Assembly (NCBI GenBank): GCA_903789525.1
Contig: CAIFER010000002.1
Span: forward strand, 62,000-125,999
From: an uncultured Aeriscardovia sp.
Lineage (GTDB): Bacteria; Actinomycetota; Actinomycetes; Actinomycetales; Bifidobacteriaceae
DNA: 64,000 bases
Direction of reading: 5' to 3'
A program made the position numbers and the translations under genes. Positions 15,585 to 24,834 of the stretch are shown here, piece by piece. Every line of letters starts with the position of its first letter. The first letter of the stretch is position 1. The notes beneath the pieces were generated by a model, which saw nothing but the letters and a program-made list of their open reading frames with translations, did no database searches and was not told where the DNA came from.

Positions 15585-17057
15585 TTAGCTGACTTCGACT
15601 TCTGAGACGATCGGATTGCTCGTTGCCTCGCGAATCTGCTTCAGGCCGCACAGTGAAATGAGTAGCATTCCAATTCCGAGAATGCTGACGGCCGCAAATC
15701 CACCGCGTGATCCAAACAAATCGATCAGACGACCGCCTAACGCTGAGCCTGCTGATCCGCCGACCGCGTTCATTGCACCCATGACCGCTGTCGTTTCAGT
15801 GAATTGACTGCGGGGGACGAGTCGGAGAAGTGATTGATTGCCGTTGACCCACGTCGGACCCTGGCATACTCCGACGAGAAGGTAAATGATCATCACTTGC
15901 CATACACGGTTCGTGAAGACGAACGATCCCAGGCCGAGTACGAGAATGCTCAAGCAAAAGTAAAAGCGTTTCCACAGCGGAGAGCGCCACTGTCGTGCGC
16001 CGTAAACGGTCACACCGACGAGTGAGCTGAACGAGAAGCACGCGAAAATGAAGCCGGTCAGATTCTGGACATGCTGCTCTTTAGACATTGCGATGATTGA
16101 GATGCTCGTCGCTGATTCGAAAGCGCCGAGGCCAAACCATGTGACGGACAACGCCAAAATAGCAGGCGAGAGAATTGGTGAAATAGCCGAGAGCTTGTCC
16201 CAGAAGCCGACCTTCGATTGGTGCGGTGAAGCACTTCCTCCATTCTTGTGCTCTCGCGCTCGTTGTGCTGCTCGTTGCTGCTCGTACCGCGCGTTGTCGA
16301 TCGCGTGCTGATGAGCGATTTTCTGAGCGATCTGATGGCGATATTGCGCGAGTGTCATTCCCGCCTGCCGAGCTTTCTGTTGTTCTGACGGAGGCTCTGT
16401 CGCAATTGCTCCGAGAAAGAGGAATGCGCCGATGAGCACACACGCAGCGGTAAAAGCGAAAGCTCCGACGTAAGACCAGACAGCCAGGATCGAGGCGAGC
16501 GGATTGCCGATCACCCACATGCATTCGTCGAGCACACCGCACAGGGCAAGAGCGCGATCAGTGCGCATCGTGTCCCCGGCGAGAACGTATGCCCATCGAG
16601 CGCGGCACATCGCTCCCCATGGTGGAATACACGCGAGCAACGGCATGATCAAGAAGAGCAAGCCGGCTGGAATGTGAAAAGTCAGTCCAAGCACCATTGA
16701 CAGCGCACCAATGAGCCACAGGCACATGACGGGTCTGGAGACTTTTCGCTGACCGTACCGATCGATGAGCTGGCCAAAGAGTGGTTGGAGGATAGCGGTA
16801 CTAATGGCTTGCGTCGCGCTGAGGGCACCGGCGAGTGTGTAACTGTGGTAGATGTTTTGTACGGCAATAGTGACGGTCATGCCGACCATCGGTGCAGGCA
16901 TGTTAGCGACGATGGTGCCGATTGCGTATCGCAGTGTGCCAGGAATGCGCAGAAGCTCTCCGTATCCACTAAAAATGCGTGTGAAAACGGAAAATTGCTG
17001 ACCTTCGCGCGTGGGATGCGTGGCGGTGCGTGATAACTTATCAGACATTATGCTCAC
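15585..17057 (-). CDS. MFS transporter
   Basis: About 12 hydrophobic helices in two halves, separated by a long charged central loop. The start could be ATG 17048. Confidence 0.85.
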   Translation of the reverse strand: MSIMSDKLSRTATHPTREGQQFSVFTRIFSGYGELLRIPGTLRYAIGTIVANMPAPMVGMTVTIAVQNIYHSYTLAGALSATQAISTAILQPLFGQLIDRYGQRKVSRPVMCLWLIGALSMVLGLTFHIPAGLLFLIMPLLACIPPWGAMCRARWAYVLAGDTMRTDRALALCGVLDECMWVIGNPLASILAVWSYVGAFAFTAACVLIGAFLFLGAIATEPPSEQQKARQAGMTLAQYRHQIAQKIAHQHAIDNARYEQQRAAQRAREHKNGGSASPHQSKVGFWDKLSAISPILSPAILALSVTWFGLGAFESATSISIIAMSKEQHVQNLTGFIFACFSFSSLVGVTVYGARQWRSPLWKRFYFCLSILVLGLGSFVFTNRVWQVMIIYLLVGVCQGPTWVNGNQSLLRLVPRSQFTETTAVMGAMNAVGGSAGSALGGRLIDLFGSRGGFAAVSILGIGMLLISLCGLKQIREATSNPIVSEVEVS

Positions 17058-17165
17058 ATCTTGTCTGGCTTGAATTGCAATGGCATGTTTTCAGTTTTTC
17101 AGTATTATGAGGTACCACTTTACGCTTTCCACACTGGGAAGGAAGCGTGTCGTTATGATTGAGCC

Positions 17166-17870
17166 ATGACTGAACGAACGGGGAACCACACGTCGACGAC
17201 ACTCTATTTTGTGCGGCACGGGAAGGTTGAAAATCCGGGCAAAGTTGTGTACGAGCGACTTCCAGGATTTCATCTTTCAGATTTTGGACGACGGCAAATT
17301 ACGGCAACAGCTCAATGGATGAGCTCTCAGCCTCAGATTGTGCGGGCATCGGCACTGTATGCTTCACCGCTCGATCGAACGATGGACACAGCTCAGATCG
17401 TTCTCGCGGCTCTCAATCGCGCACGTGAAAGCGCGGATTACCATCTTCCGGCGCTCTCAATTCAGACAGATGATCGGCTGCTGGAGGCTCGCAATCGGTA
17501 TCGGGGACTGCGGATCAACCACGGTGAAGCTGCGTGGTATCGGCATGGCAATATTTGGAAATTCCTCGATTTGAAGACGCCGGGATGGGGTGAGCCGTAT
17601 ACCCATATTGCTCAGCGCATGATGAATTTTGCGTTTCAGATTGCTGACCAGCATGCAGGGCAGTCTGTCATCGTCGTTTCGCACGAATCACCTATTTGGA
17701 CGCTTCGTCACATTCTCACGACCGGTAAAGCGTCTTCTAATGTGCTGACGAGGCATACTGCCCTTGGTTCTGTCACCGGATTAACACTCGAGACGGGGAC
17801 ACACCGTCTGCTATCTGTTACTTATGCTGATCCGGCGAAGGATGTTCGTCCGGAGCGTTCTGCGCAGTAG
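17166..17870 (+). CDS. Histidine phosphatase (phosphoglycerate mutase-like) family protein
   Basis: RHG motif (LYFVRHGKVENP) and a downstream VVSHESP motif. Confidence 0.85.
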   Translation: MTERTGNHTSTTLYFVRHGKVENPGKVVYERLPGFHLSDFGRRQITATAQWMSSQPQIVRASALYASPLDRTMDTAQIVLAALNRARESADYHLPALSIQTDDRLLEARNRYRGLRINHGEAAWYRHGNIWKFLDLKTPGWGEPYTHIAQRMMNFAFQIADQHAGQSVIVVSHESPIWTLRHILTTGKASSNVLTRHTALGSVTGLTLETGTHRLLSVTYADPAKDVRPERSAQ

Positions 17871-18720
17871 GTGAGAGATTACTTGGCGTCTGCGGCGTAG
17901 ATGTTGGCGCTGTAGGCGTTGACTGTGGTGTCATTGGAGTCGCCGGCTTTGCCCTGTTCTTCCATGCTTCGTACGCCTCAAACGTGACAGTCTGATTCAT
18001 TGGCAATTTCGGATCGTCAAAGCGAATTCCAGCGATCTTCCCCGGCAACAACATGAAAATGAGCCAGAAGACGCACGCACAGATCTCGAGGAGAAGCCCG
18101 ATGACGAGAAACGCGAGAAGAATGATGCCAAACACTTGAGCATCGTGTCGAGTCATACCGAGGGCCTCCCACCATGTGTTATTCACGGTAGGATTCGTTG
18201 GCCTCTGGAACAAAATCGACCCATCAGGTTGGAAGCTGAAAGAGCCTCTCAGATCCGGGAAACGCAGCAGAAGAACGACGCAGAAGCTCACGGCAGCAAA
18301 CGCGATCAGAGGGGCACCGAGTACGCGTGGAATGATCCAGAGCAACATCCACCATCCGCGGTGGTTCGAGTCATGGAGACGGCGAGAAATCAGTGCCAGA
18401 CGAGGTACGAGGAGCGCAAGAGCTGCAACAGCTGAAAGAACAGCATTGACAATAGGGGCCGCGACTACGACACCAGCGACGATCGAAAAGAGTGAGATTG
18501 CGATCGTCAGGAGAATGAGCCATAACTGCATCCACCAGTATTCGCTTCGAGAGGCGCGGCCAGAAAATTCGGCGTACTTGCGGAAGAAACGTGTAAGCGC
18601 ATCAACGGGGGAGCAGTTATAAACCGGTTGTGTTCGCTCGCGCTCGGCAAGGGGGACGAACTGTGAGACAGGCATTTTCGGCGGTTGCGAGCTTTGTGCG
18701 CGTGTATTGGGCATATTCAT
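17818..18720 (-). CDS. DUF805 domain membrane protein with Pro/Thr-rich tail
   Basis: GRASRSEYWWMQLW and RRLHDSNHRGWW are DUF805 hallmarks. There are extra TM helices. The 3' end overlaps the convergent gene by 53 nt. Confidence 0.75.
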   Translation of the reverse strand: MNMPNTRAQSSQPPKMPVSQFVPLAERERTQPVYNCSPVDALTRFFRKYAEFSGRASRSEYWWMQLWLILLTIAISLFSIVAGVVVAAPIVNAVLSAVAALALLVPRLALISRRLHDSNHRGWWMLLWIIPRVLGAPLIAFAAVSFCVVLLLRFPDLRGSFSFQPDGSILFQRPTNPTVNNTWWEALGMTRHDAQVFGIILLAFLVIGLLLEICACVFWLIFMLLPGKIAGIRFDDPKLPMNQTVTFEAYEAWKNRAKPATPMTPQSTPTAPTSTPQTPSNLSPTAQNAPDEHPSPDQHK

Positions 18721-18751
18721 ATCTCAAAATCTTACCGGATCAGTCAACCGG

Positions 18752-19540
18752 TCACATGCGCGAGAAATCGAGTGTGTCGTCGGCAAACCATATGCGTTCA
18801 ATGAGGCTGACGATTCCCACGAGAAGGCCGGTCAGGATGACGACGATGATAGTCGCTGCCAAGATGAGCGGAGTACGGAATGAGTTAAACGCCCCCTGGA
18901 GGACGATCCCCAGGCCGTTCCGTGCTCCCAGATACTCTGCTGTCACCGCGGTTCCAAACACGTAAACGGCCGCGATGCGCATTCCACCGAGGATATGGCG
19001 GGCAGCAACACGAAGTTTCACGTGAAACAATGTCCACACGCGTCCGGCTCCGCATGTCAGCGCGACGTCTTCGAAATAGCGGGGGACGGAGGAGAGACCG
19101 CGGCTCGTTTGAAGGACAATCGGGAAGAACGACAGGAGAGTAACGAGGATAATCTTTCCCCATGGCTCGAACCCACACCAGATGATGAACAGTGGTGCAA
19201 TCGTGATCAGTGGGACAGTCTGCAAAATCGTGACAAGTGGAGAAAAAGCCGCACGCACCGGCCACAGCACGTAAAAGAGAATGCCGATCCCAATGCCGAG
19301 AGGAATGGCGATCGCGAATCCAGCAAGTCCTTCACCGGCTGTCAACGCCGTGGCTGGACCGAGAAGTGACCATTGGCTGATGATTTCACGCACAGTGCTC
19401 GACGGCGATGCCATGACACGCGGTGAGATATGTCCGCAATCGATTGCTGCTTCCCAGATCAGAGCAATCACGATCAGGCTGATCGCCCCAATGAGCCAGC
19501 GTGCAGTGGTGTGACGGTGAAACTGTGAATCCATGCGCAT
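18752..19540 (-). CDS. ABC transporter permease (NitT/TauT-like family)
   Basis: Six hydrophobic helices and permease-like loop motifs. The start shares one base with the upstream stop (TAATG). Confidence 0.85.
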   Translation of the reverse strand: MRMDSQFHRHTTARWLIGAISLIVIALIWEAAIDCGHISPRVMASPSSTVREIISQWSLLGPATALTAGEGLAGFAIAIPLGIGIGILFYVLWPVRAAFSPLVTILQTVPLITIAPLFIIWCGFEPWGKIILVTLLSFFPIVLQTSRGLSSVPRYFEDVALTCGAGRVWTLFHVKLRVAARHILGGMRIAAVYVFGTAVTAEYLGARNGLGIVLQGAFNSFRTPLILAATIIVVILTGLLVGIVSLIERIWFADDTLDFSRM

Positions 19541-20685
19541 TATCGTCTCTGTTCGAAGAAGTACTTGTTCGTAGCGATATGTGACACGATCGGTTTGGGT
19601 CCTTTGGAGCCGTGTGAACCGTAGACGCCTTTCGACCAGAGGAATGTCACGTATTTTTGCCCCTCAGCAATATTCGTGCGGCCGATATTTTCTATCGGAC
19701 CCCAGAAGTGACCAGAGACGATCTCTTTCATTGATGCTTGCGCGAGCGCTGGTTCAATCGCTGCACTTGGCGCATCGGCGACGAGAATTGACGCAGCCTC
19801 TTGCGGATGGAGCAGCGCATACCGGTAACCCTTTTCTGTTGCCTTGATGAATCGGCGCAGAGCGGTCTCGTGCGTCTTCTCCCACGTGCGGTTAACAGCG
19901 ATACCGAATTGATCCGGATTGCCTGGCACACCCCAGTGTTGAGCCTGATAGCAGCGCAGCGACGGTCCATTCAGCCGCGACTGCACGCCTTCCCACGTGT
20001 CATAAAAGCCTGCAAAATCACCGCGCTTGTTGGCGAGCGACTGGAACGTGGATGTTCCGACTGTCACAGTGGAAAACGTCGGCTTTCCACCTGCATGCGA
20101 AATCATCTGCTTGACGACAGCTGTCTGCTCGGCCGATCCGAACGTCACGAACGTCTTGCCGGAGAAATTCTTCGGCGATGTGATGTCTGTGCGTGAAGCG
20201 AGAGCACACCATCGGGCATTTGGCTTTTGCATCACGTCAAAAACGAAATGGAGATTCGAGCCCTTGGCGTCGACGGCGGCGACGTTACTGACGGTAGTGA
20301 ATCCTGCATCCGCCACGCCCGTCTGAACAGCCGTCTCGGCACCCGCCTGTGCAGTCGGCAAAATGGTGACATCGAGGCCAGCGAGACGGTAATACCCTTT
20401 GCGAGCAGCGGTGTAGACGCCGACGTGATTGGTGTTGGCAGTCCAGTCCAACATGATTGAAATTTTGCGATGGGCGTTGGCTTCACTGCGTTTGAGCGGA
20501 TTTGACGGTTTGGCAGTGGAACTCGTTGGAGCAGAAGTGGATCCGCATCCAGCACATGCCATGGTTCCAACGGCGCACGCGCAACTGGCGATGAGAGCTG
20601 TGATGAGGGCGAGCGGTCGACGGAACAGATGCGACTGTGAGTGGAATCGCGCGAGAGAAAAATGCGCGAGACGAGCGTGTTTCAT
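19540..20685 (-). CDS. ABC transporter substrate-binding lipoprotein (NMT1/THI5-like)
   Basis: Signal peptide with a Cys-containing lipobox region (TMACAGCGS). The mature part resembles NMT1/THI5-type binding proteins. Confidence 0.8.
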   Translation of the reverse strand: MKHARLAHFSLARFHSQSHLFRRPLALITALIASCACAVGTMACAGCGSTSAPTSSTAKPSNPLKRSEANAHRKISIMLDWTANTNHVGVYTAARKGYYRLAGLDVTILPTAQAGAETAVQTGVADAGFTTVSNVAAVDAKGSNLHFVFDVMQKPNARWCALASRTDITSPKNFSGKTFVTFGSAEQTAVVKQMISHAGGKPTFSTVTVGTSTFQSLANKRGDFAGFYDTWEGVQSRLNGPSLRCYQAQHWGVPGNPDQFGIAVNRTWEKTHETALRRFIKATEKGYRYALLHPQEAASILVADAPSAAIEPALAQASMKEIVSGHFWGPIENIGRTNIAEGQKYVTFLWSKGVYGSHGSKGPKPIVSHIATNKYFFEQRR

Positions 20686-20819
20686 GTGTCACCTTACTTT
20701 GAGGACTATGTGTGCGCTCCGAATTCCGCAGAAAGGTGAGGAGTCCACGTATCCGAAACGCTTACTTCGTCTTTAGTCTATCGACGAGGCGCGTCCCTAG
20801 TTGAAATCACAATGGAAAT

Positions 20820-22376
20820 ATGAGTGATGATTCTGAAAAGACTGCTCGGCAAGAGCTTCCGAAGGACGTTCGTGTGCGTTTTTGCCCGTCTCCGACCGGT
20901 ATTCCGCATGTGGGAATGGTGCGCACGGCGCTGTTCAATTGGGCTGAAGCCCGTCACACGGGTGGCAAGCTGATCTTCCGTATCGAGGACACGGATAACG
21001 CGCGCGATACGGATAAGAGTTTCCATCAAATCGTTGACGCGCTCAAATGGCTCGGCATCGATTGGGATGAGGGCATTGAAGTCGGTGGCCCGGATGCGCC
21101 GTACTTCCAGTCTCAGCGCGGTGATATTTACGCGAAGATTGCCAAACAGCTATTGGATGCCGGTTACGCGTATGAGTCATATTCCACGGCAGAAGAGATT
21201 GAGGAGCGCAATAAGAAGGCGGGCCGTCCTGCCCAGTTCGGTTATGACGGCTATGATCGCACGCTCACTGATGAGCAGAAGGCTCAGTTCAAGGCAGAAG
21301 GCCGTAAGCCGGCGCTGCGTATCAAGATGCCAGATGAGGACATCACCTTTAACGATCTCATTCGCGGACCGATCACGTTCAAAGCTGGTTCGGTGCCAGA
21401 TTATGTGATTGTGCGCCCGAACGGCGATCCGCTGTACACGTTGACTAACCCAGTCGATGATGCGCTCATGCGCGTGAACGTGGTGTTGCGCGGCGAGGAT
21501 CTGCTCAGCTCAACTCCACGTCAGATCGTGCTGTATCGCTATCTCATCAAGCTCGGCATTGCTAGCATCATCCCGCAATTCGGTCATCTGCCGTATGTGA
21601 TGGGCAAGGGTCACAAGAAGCTCTCGAAGCGTGATCCACAGTCGAACCTGTTCCTGCTGCGCGATCAGGGCTTCATCAAGGAAGGTCTGCTCAACTATCT
21701 CGCAGAACTCGGTTGGAGCTATTCGGCCGATCAAGACATCTTCTCGATGGATCAAATGGTCAAGAAGTTCGATGTGCGTGATGTCAAGGCAAACCCGGCA
21801 CACTTCGATATCGACAAGGCCATTGCGATCAACGCAGAGCACATCCGTATGCTCGATCCGCAAGATTTCATCAACCGCTCGATTCCGTATCTGAAGAAGG
21901 ATGGAATCGTGTCGGCAGACAATTGGGATCAGCTCACGGGGCACGAGCAGGAGATTCTGCGCGCTGCAGCTCCACTCGTCCAGCCGCGCGTCCGCTTGCT
22001 ATCTGAAGTGTCCGGCATGGTCGGGTCGCTGCTCTCGAACGAGGAGTATTTGGCGCCAGAAAAGGGTGCAATCAAACAGCTGAAGTCTGATTCGCCAGAC
22101 GTGCTCGATGCCTCCATCAAGGTGCTCAACGGCGTGTCGGATGATCAGTGGAAGGCACACGATCTGCACGTTCTGCTCACCGATCAGTTGGTGGATAAGG
22201 CAGGATACAAACCGCGCAAGGCATTTGGACCAATCCGCGTGGCTGTCTCTGGTCGCCGCGTGTCACCGCCACTCTTCCAGTCGATGGAGATCATTGGCAA
22301 GACGATGACGATTGCTCGTCTGACGAATTTGCGGACGCATATCGCGGATATTCTCGCGTCAAAGGCGCAGCAATAG
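20820..22376 (+). CDS. gltX: Glutamate--tRNA ligase
   Basis: [18 protein letters not shown] (HIGH region) and KLSKR (KMSKS region). Confidence 0.95.
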   Translation: MSDDSEKTARQELPKDVRVRFCPSPTGIPHVGMVRTALFNWAEARHTGGKLIFRIEDTDNARDTDKSFHQIVDALKWLGIDWDEGIEVGGPDAPYFQSQRGDIYAKIAKQLLDAGYAYESYSTAEEIEERNKKAGRPAQFGYDGYDRTLTDEQKAQFKAEGRKPALRIKMPDEDITFNDLIRGPITFKAGSVPDYVIVRPNGDPLYTLTNPVDDALMRVNVVLRGEDLLSSTPRQIVLYRYLIKLGIASIIPQFGHLPYVMGKGHKKLSKRDPQSNLFLLRDQGFIKEGLLNYLAELGWSYSADQDIFSMDQMVKKFDVRDVKANPAHFDIDKAIAINAEHIRMLDPQDFINRSIPYLKKDGIVSADNWDQLTGHEQEILRAAAPLVQPRVRLLSEVSGMVGSLLSNEEYLAPEKGAIKQLKSDSPDVLDASIKVLNGVSDDQWKAHDLHVLLTDQLVDKAGYKPRKAFGPIRVAVSGRRVSPPLFQSMEIIGKTMTIARLTNLRTHIADILASKAQQ

Positions 22377-22462
22377 AACGAAAATGGGCAGGGGAGTTGC
22401 ACTCTTCTGCCCATTCGCGTATACTATTATCTTGTTGTGTGAAAGCACAGCAATAACTGAAT

Positions 22463-22538
22463 GCCCCTGTCGTCTAGCGGTCTAGGACATCGCCCTCTCA
22501 CGGCGAGAACAGCGGCTCAAATCCGCTCGGGGGTACCA
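22463..22538 (+). tRNA. tRNA-Glu (anticodon CUC), CCA encoded
   Basis: Manual cloverleaf: acceptor GCCCCUG/CGGGGGU, anticodon stem UCGCC/GGCGA, loop CUCUCAC, T-arm AGCGG/CCGCU. Confidence 0.9.
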
Positions 22539-22613
22539 CTGCTTCGAAAACATCAGGACAGTAGTACGGAAACGTGCTATAGTAATCATGGCGTTCTTCG
22601 GAACACAGCCCAT

Positions 22614-22685
22614 TGGGGTGTGGTGTAATTGGCAACACAGGTGATTCTGGTTCATCCGTTCTTGGTTCAAGTCCAGGCACCCCAG
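22614..22685 (+). tRNA. tRNA-Gln (anticodon CUG), CCA not encoded
   Basis: Manual cloverleaf: acceptor UGGGGUG/CACCCCA, anticodon stem GGUGA/UCAUC, loop UUCUGGU, T-arm CUUGG/CCAGG. Confidence 0.9.
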
Positions 22686-22694
22686 CGAATGTGA

Positions 22695-22726
22695 AAGGTC
22701 AGAGCCGTTAGGTTCTGGCCTTTTTT
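22695..22726 (+). terminator. Intrinsic terminator after tRNA-Gln
   Basis: AGGTCAGAGCC-GTTA-GGTTCTGGCCT followed by TTTTT. Confidence 0.7.
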
Positions 22727-22847
22727 CATATCTTCTGTGCGTGGCGTCTCACTCTTCGTTATTCCTTCTTGTCGGTGTTCTTGATTGCCACTGATTGCCG
22801 GGCGAGGCGAGGGTGCATCCAGGTGGGGTGTGAAGTAGTCTGGATGT

Positions 22848-23309
22848 ATGACGTATATCAATCAAGCACGCGGCATGTTCCGCGGTCAGACTCTCGTAAC
22901 TTTCCGTGCAGACGACGGCACGCAGCTTGTTCTCGAGCGTGATTGCGTCCGCTACATCGACGCAGCGCAGGATCGCCACGCCGAGCGCATTGTGCCCAAG
23001 CAGAACGCGTATGAGCGCATGAATCGTGGCTCTCGCGTCATCGCTGCTCGTGGGAACAATGGCAATCCAACGGTCACCGATATGGTTCCTCTCAACGCGT
23101 TGACGGCCACGTATGATGCGACGACCGGCACACTGCACATCAGCAGCCCGTATGCTGACTGGGTGGTCGAAGCAGGGACTGAGCCACGCCAGAAAGTGCT
23201 CGCACAGCGTTTCGTTCAGCAAGTCAACGCGCAAGTTCATGCTCCGAAGTACGTGATCAACGATTACGATCACGTCCTCAACCGCGCTGTCACGGATGAC
23301 CCAGACTGA
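22848..23309 (+). CDS. Hypothetical protein
   Basis: Codon third positions resemble neighbouring genes. The 190-aa ORF on the opposite strand looks like an antisense artefact. No motif recognised. Confidence 0.55.
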   Translation: MTYINQARGMFRGQTLVTFRADDGTQLVLERDCVRYIDAAQDRHAERIVPKQNAYERMNRGSRVIAARGNNGNPTVTDMVPLNALTATYDATTGTLHISSPYADWVVEAGTEPRQKVLAQRFVQQVNAQVHAPKYVINDYDHVLNRAVTDDPD

Positions 23310-24738
23310 TTTTCCTGTCAATCCGCGGTCTGCTTCCGTTTCAGCTCGTTTAGGCAGGCTTCAATTTCATCTGTCGGGGAAGTTTCGGGTCCTTCAGGTT
23401 GCTGACATCCAGGAGGCCCCGAACGTCTCGAAAGACACGATTCGTTTTCTCGCGCGTGCTTGCGATGATGCTCGGCCGGATCTCGTCATCTTTACGGGCA
23501 ATCAAATCAAGGGGTACGATCCGAGTTTTGGCACGACGTATCAGCCACGCCGATGGACGGATGCACTCGTTGGCAGTCTCACGCCACTGAAGGCGGGGAC
23601 GGAGAACGCATATCAGACCGCGCATCCGCATGACTATGTTCGTCGGCTCGTTTACCAGCAAGCGCAGCAATTTCTTGCCCCACTCATTGCGCGCGGAATT
23701 CCATTTGCCATCACATACGGCAACCATGATTTTCAATGTGGGCTGACGACCACTGAATTAGATGACATTTATCGCAGCTTTCCGGGGTGTCTCAATCCTG
23801 GACGTCCTGCAAAATCGACAGGCAGCGGTGTCATTAGTGGCGGCGAGCCAGGGACATTTGCCCTCCCTGTGTGGGATTTGCCGAGTGACACCGATCAGCA
23901 CGTCAACATTCGTCGAGCACGGGCGCTCGAGTATCCGCAGGCTGCTCGTCGGCAACGGTGGAGCAAAGAGCAAAGTGAACGCCCGGTCATGACACTGGTG
24001 CTGCTCAATTCGGGTGATTATTCGCGGCAAGGCGGCTATGGTTGTCCCTCTCACGCATCGCTAACATGGCTGGCCAATCTCGAACACAATCCGTTGTACG
24101 CTCACACACACGTATACTCGACAGTCTTCCAGCACTTCCCACTTCCGCAGTATTACAGTCTTTTGATGCCGGTTCCCTCATATCGTGACGGTGCCATTGA
24201 GGGGTATCGCACCTACGCTCACACGTGTTATATCCTTCATCCTCAGCGCGTGTTGCCAGGAAGCCGATTAGGTGAGGGGATTAGTTGCCCGGATCACGAT
24301 TGTGGCGAATACGCGATTCTGACGCGTCTGCATGCAAGCGCTGTGTTGACTGGTCACGACCATCGCAACGCCTTTGCTGGTCGACTGGCTGATGATGAGC
24401 CGCTGTTGTGTGCCACGCCGACGTCGGGCTTTGGGTCCTATGGTCCACCGGCAGCTGAACGTGCTGTGCGATTAGTGGAATATGATATTCGGCATCCGAC
24501 GAAGCCGCGGACGAAACTGCTTACATTCGGCGGTCTCGTCGGAACAACGCACAATCGGTCGGTATACACATTCGCCTCCGATCACGTGCCGGTCAACGCT
24601 TCTCAAACGCGCGATATGCTGCGCAAACCCTCGGTACTTGCCGGTCTCGCCGGAGCTGGAGCCGTGTGCATTGCCATCGCCAGTTTTGTGCATTCGACGC
24701 TCCACAAGTTCTTTACCCCGTCACCACACCAATCATGA
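23296..24738 (+). CDS. Metallophosphoesterase with C-terminal membrane anchor
   Basis: Motifs VADIQ, FTGNQ, GNHDF and GHDHRN. C-terminal hydrophobic helix LAGLAGAGAVCIAIASFV. The start overlaps the upstream gene by 14 nt. Confidence 0.8.
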   Translation: MTQTDFPVNPRSASVSARLGRLQFHLSGKFRVLQVADIQEAPNVSKDTIRFLARACDDARPDLVIFTGNQIKGYDPSFGTTYQPRRWTDALVGSLTPLKAGTENAYQTAHPHDYVRRLVYQQAQQFLAPLIARGIPFAITYGNHDFQCGLTTTELDDIYRSFPGCLNPGRPAKSTGSGVISGGEPGTFALPVWDLPSDTDQHVNIRRARALEYPQAARRQRWSKEQSERPVMTLVLLNSGDYSRQGGYGCPSHASLTWLANLEHNPLYAHTHVYSTVFQHFPLPQYYSLLMPVPSYRDGAIEGYRTYAHTCYILHPQRVLPGSRLGEGISCPDHDCGEYAILTRLHASAVLTGHDHRNAFAGRLADDEPLLCATPTSGFGSYGPPAAERAVRLVEYDIRHPTKPRTKLLTFGGLVGTTHNRSVYTFASDHVPVNASQTRDMLRKPSVLAGLAGAGAVCIAIASFVHSTLHKFFTPSPHQS

Positions 24739-24834
24739 AACAATAGAAATAGCGCATCAATAAAGGCGAACTGACTGGACGTGTGGTGATCAAGAGCGTG
24801 CGGTCAGTTCACGAAAAGAAGGGTGATCTGCGGC

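Noticed and set aside
20686-20819. Possible TPP or FMN riboswitch upstream of the NMT1/THI5-like binding protein gene
   Set aside because: There are weak resemblances (CUAGGGACGC, ACCUUUCUGCGGAAUUCGGAGCG). However, the invariant CUGAGA and the UGG/CCA pyrimidine-sensor helix are absent, and no FMN core is seen. This needs a covariance-model scan to settle, so I list it only as an open question in the findings.
22749-23321. 190-aa minus-strand ORF competing with the 153-aa plus-strand hypothetical gene
   Set aside because: Plus-strand codon third positions and amino-acid composition look like real coding sequence, and the plus-strand gene is coupled to the downstream gene. The minus-strand translation is Arg/Leu-rich and begins inside the tRNA terminator region.
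22686-24822. Genomic islet integrated at tRNA-Gln
   Set aside because: There is no integrase and no direct repeat of the tRNA 3' end downstream. Codon usage also looks native.
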